NCBI GenBank assembly: GCA_964057225.1
Contig: OZ059896.1
Location: 5,952,001-6,016,000, forward strand
Reading direction: 5' to 3'
Length of the DNA stretch: 64,000 nucleotides
Source of the DNA: Auanema rhodensis
Taxonomy: Eukaryota > Animalia > Nematoda
The position numbers and the translations under genes are program-made. The notes beneath the pieces are model-generated. The model searched no databases. It had not been told where the DNA came from and worked only from the letters and a program-made list of their open reading frames with translations. Shown here piece after piece: positions 56,501 to 64,000 of the stretch (position 1 is its first letter; each line of letters begins with the position of its first letter).

Positions 56501-59500
56501 AACAAATTTTTATTGATATTGGTGCATGGTAACCATGACTTTGAAATTTACGTGAACTTTAATTTATGCTAATTAAATGTACACGTGATGTGCACTTGAT
56601 ATGTAACTCGCTTCACGTGAAAGATGAAGAGATGCGGTTTTCAAAATTAGATTCCCCATGTCCATATTAATCTAAAAACAAATTTTTATTGATATTGGTG
56701 CATGGTAACCATGACTTTGAAATTTACGTGAACTTTAATTTATGCTAATTAAATGTACACGTGATGTGCACTTGGTATGTAACTCGCTTCACGTGAAAGA
56801 TAAAGAGATGCGGTTTTCAAAACTAGATTCCCCATTTCCATATTAGTCTAAAAACAAATTTTTATTCATATTGGTGCTTGGTAACCATGACTTTGAAATT
56901 TACGTGAACTTTAATTTATGCTAATTAAATATAAACGTGATGTGCACTTGGTATGTAACTCGCTTCACGTGGAAAATAAAGAGATGCGGTTTTCAAAATT
57001 AGATTCCCCATGTCCATATTAGTCTAAAAACAAATTTTTATTGATATTGGTGCATGGTAACCATGACTTTGAAATTTACGTGTACTTTAATTTATGCTAA
57101 TTAAATATACACGTGATGTGCACTTGGTATGTAACTCGCTTCACGTGAAAGATAAAGAGATGCGGTTTTCAAAATTAGATTCCCCATGTCCATATTAGTC
57201 TAAAAACAAATTTTTATTGATATTGGTGCATGGTAACCATGACTTTGAAATTTACGTGAACTTTAATTTATGCTAATTAAATGTACACGTGATGTGCACT
57301 TGGTATGTCACTCGCTTCACGTGAAAGATGAAGAGATGCGGTTTTCAAAATTAGATTCCCCATGTCCATATTAATCTAAAAACAAATTTTTATTGATATT
57401 GGTGCATGGTAACCATGACTTTGCAATTTGCGTGAACTTTAATTTATGCTAATTAAATATACACGTGATGTGCACTTGGTATGTAACTCGCTTCACGTGA
57501 AAGATAAAGAGATGCGGTTTTCAAAATTAGATTCCCCATGTCCATATTAGTCTAAAAACAAATTTTTATTGATATTGGTGCATGGTAACCATGACTTTGA
57601 AATTTACGTGAACTTTAATTTATGCTAATTAAATGTACACTTGATGTGCACCTGGTATGTAACTCGCTTCACGTGAAAGATAAAAAGATAAGGTTTTCAA
57701 AATTAAATTCCCCATGTCCATATTAGTCTAAAAACAAATTTTTATTCATATTGGTGCTTGGTAACCATGACTTTGAAATTTACGTGAACTTTAATTTATG
57801 CTAATTAAATATAAACGTGATGTGCACTTGGTATGTAACTCGCTTCACGTGGAAAATAAAGAGATGCGGTTTTCAAAATTAGATTCCCCATGTCCATATT
57901 AGTCTAAAAACAACTTTTATTGATATTGGTGCATGGTAACCATGACTTTGAAATTTACGTGAACTTTAATTTATGCTAATTAAATATACACGTGATGTGC
58001 ACTTGATATGTAACTCGCTTCACGTGAAAGATAAAGAGATGCGGTATTCAAAATTAGATTCCCCATGTCCATATTAGTCTAAAAACAAATTTTTATTGAT
58101 ATTGGTGCATGGTAACCATGACTTTGAAATTTACGTGAACTTTAATTTATGCTAATTAAATGTACACTTGATGTGCACCTGGTATGTAACTCGCTTCACG
58201 TGAAAGATAAAAAGATAAGGTTTTCAAAATTAGATTCCCCATGTCCATATTAGTCTAAAAACAAATTTTTATTCATATTGGTGCTTGGTAACCATGACTT
58301 TGAAATTTACGTGAACTTTAATTTATGCTAATTAAATATAAACGTGATATGCACTTGGTATGTAACTCGCTTCACGTGGAAAATAAAGAGATGCGGTTTT
58401 CAAAATTAGATTCCCCATGTCCATATTAGTCTAAAAACAAATTTTTATTGATATTGGTGCATGGTAACCATGACTTTGAAATTTACGTGAACTTTAATTT
58501 ATGCTAATTAAATGTACACGTGATGTGCACTTGGTATGTAACTCGCTTCACGTGAAAGATGAAGAGATGCGGTTTTCAAAATTAGATTCCCCATGTCCAT
58601 ATTAGTCTAAAAACAAATTTTTTATTGATATTGGTGCATGGTAACCATGACTTTGCAATTTACGTGAACTTTAATTTATGCTAATTAAATGTACACTTGA
58701 TGTGCACTTGATATGTAACTCGCTTCACGTGAAAGATAAAGAGATGCGGTTTTCAAAATTAGATTCCCCATGTCCATATTAGTCTAAAAACAAATTTTTA
58801 TTAATATTGGTGCATGGTAACCATGACTTTGAAATTTACGTGAACTTTAATTTATGCTAATTAAATGTACACTTGATGTGCACCTGGTATGTAACTCGCT
58901 TCACGTGAAAGATAAAGAGATGCGGTTTTCAAAATTAGATTCCCCATGTCCATATTAGTCTAAAAACAAATTTTTATTGATATTGGTGCATGGTAACCAT
59001 GACTTTGAAATTTACGTGAACTTTAATTTATGCTAATTAAATGTACACGTGATGTGCACTTGGTATGTAACTCGCTTCACGTGAAAGATAAAAAGATGCG
59101 GTTTTCAAAATTAGATTCCCCATTTCCATATTAGTCTAAAAACAAATTTTTATTCATATTGGTGCTTGGTAACCATGACTTTGAAATTTACGTGTACTTT
59201 AATTTATGCTAATTAAATGTACACGTGATGTGCACTTGGTATGTAACTCGCTTCACGTGAAAGATAAAAAGATGCGGTTTTCAAAATTAGATTCCCCATT
59301 TCCATATTAGTCTAAAAACAAATTTTTATTGATATTGGTTCATGGTAACCATGACTTTGAAATTTACGTGTACTTTAATTTATGCTAATTAAATATAAAC
59401 GTGATGTGCACTTGGTATGTAACTCGCTTCACGTGAAAGATAAAGAGATGCGGTTTTCAAAATTAGATTCCCCATGTCCATATTAGTCTAAAAACAAATT

Positions 59501-62500
59501 TTTATTGATATTGGTTCATGGTAACCATGACTTTGAAATTTACGTGTACTTTAATTTATGCTAATTAAATGTACACTTGATGTGCACCTGGTATGTACCT
59601 CGCTTCACGTGAAAGATAAAAAGATAAGGTTTTCAAAATTAGATTCCCCATGTCCATATTAGTCTAAAAACAAATTTTTTATTGATATTGGTGCATGGTA
59701 ACCATGACTTTGAAATTTACGTGTACTTTAATTTATGCTAATTAAATGTACACGTGATGTGCACTTGGTATGTAACTCGCTTCACGTGGAAAATAAAGAG
59801 ATGCGGTTTTCAAAATTAGATTCCCCATGTCCATATTAGTCTAAAAACAAATTTTTATTGATATTGGTTCATGGTAACCATGACTTTGAAATTTACGTGT
59901 ACTTTAATTTATGCTAATTAAATGTACACTTGATGTGCACCTGGTATGTAACTCGCTTCACGTGAAAGATAAAAAGATAAGGTTTTCAAAATTAGATTCC
60001 CCATGTCCATATTAGTCTAAAAACAAATTTTTTATTGATATTGGTGCATGGTAACCATGACTTTGAAATTTACGTGTACTTTAATTTATGCTAATTAAAT
60101 ATAAACGTGATGTGCACTTGGTATGTAACTCGCTTCACGTGGAAAATAAAGAGATGCGGTTTTCAAAATTAGATTCCCCATGTCCATATTAGTCTAAAAA
60201 CAAATTTTTATTGATATTGGTGCATGGTAACCATGACTTTGAAAATTACGTGAACTTTAATTTATGCTAATTAAATGTACACTTGATGTGCACCTGGTAT
60301 GTAACTCGCTTCACGTGAAAGATAAAAAGATAAGGTTTTCAAAATTAGATTCCCCATGTCCATATTAGTCTAAAAACAAATTTTTTATTGATATTGGTGC
60401 ATGGTAACCATGACTTTGAAATTTACGTGTACTTTAATTTATGCTAATTAAATGTACACGTGATGTGCACTCGGTATGTAACTCGCTTCACGTGAAAGAT
60501 AAAGAGATGCGGTTTTCAAAATTAGATTCCCCATGTCCATATTAGTCTAAAAACAAATTTTTATTGATATTGGTTCATGGTAACCATGACTTTGAAATTT
60601 ACGTGTACTTTAATTTATGCTAATTAAATGTACACGTGATGTGCACTTGGTATGTAACTCGCTTCACGTGAAAGATAAAGAGATGCGGTTTTCAAAATTA
60701 GATTCCCCATGTCCATATTAGTCTAAAAACAAATTTTTATTGATATTGGTTCATGGTAACCATGACTTTGAAATTTACGTGTACTTTAATTTATGCTAAT
60801 TAAATGTACACTTGATGTGCACCTGGTATGTACCTCGCTTCACGTGAAAGATAAAAAGATAAGGTTTTCAAAATTAGATTCCCCATGTCCATATTAGTCT
60901 AAAAACAAATTTTTTATTGATATTGGTGCATGGTAACCATGACTTTGAAATTTACGTGTACTTTAATTTATGCTAATTAAATATAAACGTGATGTGCACT
61001 TGGTATGTAACTCGCTTCACGTGGAAAATAAAGAGATGCGGTTTTCAAAATTAGATTCCCCATGTCCATATTAGTCTAAAAACAAATTTTTATTGATATT
61101 GGTGCATGGTAACCATGACTTTGAAATTTACGTGAACTTTAATTTATGCTAATTAAATGTACACTTGATGTGCACCTGGTATGTAACTCGCTTCACGTGA
61201 AAGATAAAAAGATAAGGTTTTTAAAATTAGATTCCCCATGTCCATATTAGTCTAAAAACAAATTTTTTATTGATATTGGTGCATGGTAACCATGACTTTG
61301 AAATTTACGTGTACTTTAATTTATGCTAATTAAATGTACACGTGATGTGCACTCGGTATGTAACTCGCTTCACGTGAAAGATAAAGAGATGCGGTTTTCA
61401 AAATTAGATTCCCCATGTCCATATTAGTCTAAAAACAAATTTTTATTGATATTGGTTCATGGTAACCATGACTTTGAAATTTACGTGTACTTTAATTTAT
61501 GCTAATTAAATGTACACGTGATGTGCACTTGGTATGTAACTCGCTTCACGTGAAAGATAAAGAGATGCGGTTTTCAAAATTAGATTCCTCATGTCCATAT
61601 TAGTCTAAAAACAAATTTTTATTGATATTGGTTCATGGTAACCATGACTTTGAAATTTACGTGTACTTTAATTTATGCTAATTAAATGTACACGTGATGT
61701 GCACTTGGTATGTAACTCGCTTCACGTGAAAGATAAAGAGATGCGGTTTTCAAAATTAGATTCCCCATTTCCATATTAGTCTAAAAACAAATTTTTATTG
61801 ATATTGGTGCATGGTAACCATGACTTTGAAATTTACGTGAACTTTAATTTATGCTAATTAAATATACACGTGATGTGCACTTGATATGTAACTCGCTTCA
61901 CGTGAAAGATAAAGAGATGCGGTTTTCAAAATTAGATTCCCCATGTCCATATTAGTCTAAAAACAAATTTTTATTGATATTGGTGCATGGTAACCATGAC
62001 TTTGAAATTTACGTGAACTTTAATTTATGCTAATTAAATGTACACGTGATGTGCACTTGGTATGTAACTCGCTTCACGTGAAAGATAAAGAGATGCGGTT
62101 TTCAAAATTAGATTCCACATGTCCATATTAGTCTAAAAACGAATTTTTATTCATATTGGTGCTTGGTAACCATGACTTTGAAATTTACGTGAACTTTAAT
62201 TTATGCTAATTAAATATAAACGTGATGTGCACTTGGTATGTAACTCGCTTCACGTGAAAGATGAAGAGATGCGGTTTTCAAAATTAGATTCCCCATGTCC
62301 ATATTAGTCTAAAAACAAATTTTTTATTGATATTGGTGCATGGTAACCATGACTTTGAAATTTACGTGTACTTTAATTTATGCTAATTAAATGTACACGT
62401 GATGTGCACTCGGTATGTAACTCGCTTCACGTGAAAGATAAAGAGATGCGGTTTTCAAAATTAGATTCCCCATGTCCATATTAGTCTAAAAACAAATTTT

Positions 62501-64000
62501 TATTGATATTGGTTCATGGTAACCATGACTTTGAAATTTACGTGAACTTTAATTTATGCTAATTAAATGTACACGTGATGTGCACTTGGTATGTAACTCG
62601 CTTCACGTGAAAGATAAAGAGATGCGGTTTTCAAAATTAGATTCCCCATTTCCATATTAGTCTAAAACCAAATTTTTATTGATATTGGTGCATGGTAACC
62701 ATGACTTTGAAATTTACGTGTACTTTAATTTATGCTAATTAAATGTACACGTGATGTGCACTCGGTATGTAACTCGCTTCACGTGAAAGATAAAGAGATG
62801 CGGTTTTCAAAATTAGATTCCCCATGTCCATATTAGTCTAAAAACAAATTTTTATTGATATTGGTTCATGGTAACCATGACTTTGAAATTTACGTGTACT
62901 TTAATTTATGCTAATTAAATGTACACGTGATGTGCACTCGGTATGTAACTCGCTTCACGTGAAAGATAAAGAGATGCGGTTTTCAAAATTAGATTCCCCA
63001 TGTCCATATTAGTCTAAAAACAAATTTGTATTGATATTGGTTCATGGTAACCATGACTTTGAAATTTACGTGAACTTTAATTTATGCTAATTAAATATAC
63101 ACGTGATGTGCACTTGATATGTAACTCGCTTCACGTGAAAGATAAAGAGATGCGGTTTTCAAAATTAGATTCCCCATGTCCATATTAGTCTAAAAACAAA
63201 TTTTTATTGATATTGGTGCATGGTAACCATGACTTTGAAATTTACGTGAACTTTAATTTATGCTAATTAAATGTACACGTGATGTGCACTTGGTATGTAA
63301 CTCGCTTCACGTGAAAGATAAAGAGATGCGGTTTTCAAAATTAGATTCCCCATGTCCATATTAGTCTAAAAACGAATTTTTATTCATATTGGTGCTTGGT
63401 AACCATGACTTTGAAATTTACGTGAACTTTAATTTATGCTAATTAAATATAAACGTGATGTGCACTTGGTATGTAACTCGCTTCACGTGAAAGATGAAGA
63501 GATGCGGTTTTCAAAATTAGATTCCCCATGTCCATATTAGTCTAAAAACAAATTTTTTATTGATATTGGTGCATGGTAACCATGACTTTGAAATTTACGT
63601 GTACTTTAATTTATGCTAATTAAATGTACACGTGATGTGCACTCGGTATGTAACTCGCTTCACGTGAAAGATAAAGAGATGCGGTTTTCAAAATTAGATT
63701 CCCCATGTCCATATTAGTCTAAAAACAAATTTTTATTGATATTGGTTCATGGTAACCATGACTTTGAAATTTACGTGAACTTTAATTTATGCTAATTAAA
63801 TGTACACGTGATGTGCACTTGGTATGTAACTCGCTTCACGTGAAAGATAAAGAGATGCGGTTTTCAAAATTAGATTCCCCATTTCCATATTAGTCTAAAA
63901 CCAAATTTTTATTGATATTGGTGCATGGTAACCATGACTTTGAAATTTACGTGTACTTTAATTTATGCTAATTAAATGTACACGTGATGTGCACTCGGTA

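Larger units (their letters stand above)
2418..64000 (+). repeat. Long tandem array of a 176-bp AT-rich satellite (about 350 monomers), probably (peri)centromeric or heterochromatic; continues past the window end
   Basis: Consensus: actttaatttatgctaattaaatgtacacgtgatgtgcacttggtatgtaactcgcttcacgtgaaagataaagagatgcggttttcaaaattagattccccatgtccatattagtctaaaaacaaatttttattgatattggtgcatggtaaccatgactttgaaatttacgtga (176 nt, 57 G+C). Monomers start at 2419, 2595 and so on, and the line phase recurs every 2640 bp (15 x 176). Monomers differ by a few substitutions. Strand is arbitrary. The centromeric role is inferred from size and organisation only. Confidence 0.99.

Noticed and set aside
2418-64000. 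Protein-coding ORFs or a repeat protein
   Set aside because: Monomer positions 4-21 (ttaatttatgctaattaa) contain stop codons in all three frames on both strands, so ORFs cannot normally span more than one monomer. The period 176 is also not a multiple of 3.
2418-64000. CRISPR array (palindromic repeats at regular spacing)
   Set aside because: There are no unique spacers. The whole 176-bp unit is repeated and there are no cas genes.
2418-64000. Identity with known satellites of about 171-178 bp (honey bee AluI, Brassica CentBr, Arabidopsis CEN178, primate alpha satellite)
   Set aside because: Only the length matches. The consensus has no AGCT or AAGCTT site and no CENP-B box, and I recognise no sequence similarity. 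A database search is needed to name it.
1-64000. Tandem 5S rRNA, tRNA, snRNA or spliced-leader gene array
   Set aside because: Neither unit contains a recognisable RNA gene sequence, cloverleaf or Pol III box A/B/C.
2418-64000. CpG-methylation decay signature (cacgtg>catgtg, ctcgc>cttgc)
   Set aside because: Only two common alleles fit, the other CpGs are well preserved, and most variants are non-CpG changes. This is insufficient to infer methylation.

Overview
This window is entirely non-coding, AT-rich tandem satellite DNA, almost certainly from eukaryotic (peri)centromeric or other heterochromatic sequence. I cannot identify the organism or a named family. About 61.6 kb (2418-64000) is one head-to-tail array of roughly 350 copies of a 176-bp monomer (about 32% GC). 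The monomer is rich in dyad symmetries and carries three ACGTGA (E-box-like) cores. The array shows local higher-order repeats whose period changes along it (4, 6, 7, 8, 9, 15, 27, 32 and 38 monomers), position-restricted variant haplotypes and a few indel monomers. The first 2.4 kb is a rearranged junction where a second, hairpin-rich 351-bp satellite is interleaved with inverted pieces of the 176-bp satellite. It contains a roughly 2-kb imperfect inverted duplication and two orientation switches that both restart at the same AT-rich dyad of the monomer. The joints show 1-bp microhomology or a templated insertion. No genes, RNA genes, CRISPR arrays or transposon ORFs are supported. The most interesting parts are the junction architecture and the dyad/E-box organisation of the monomers.
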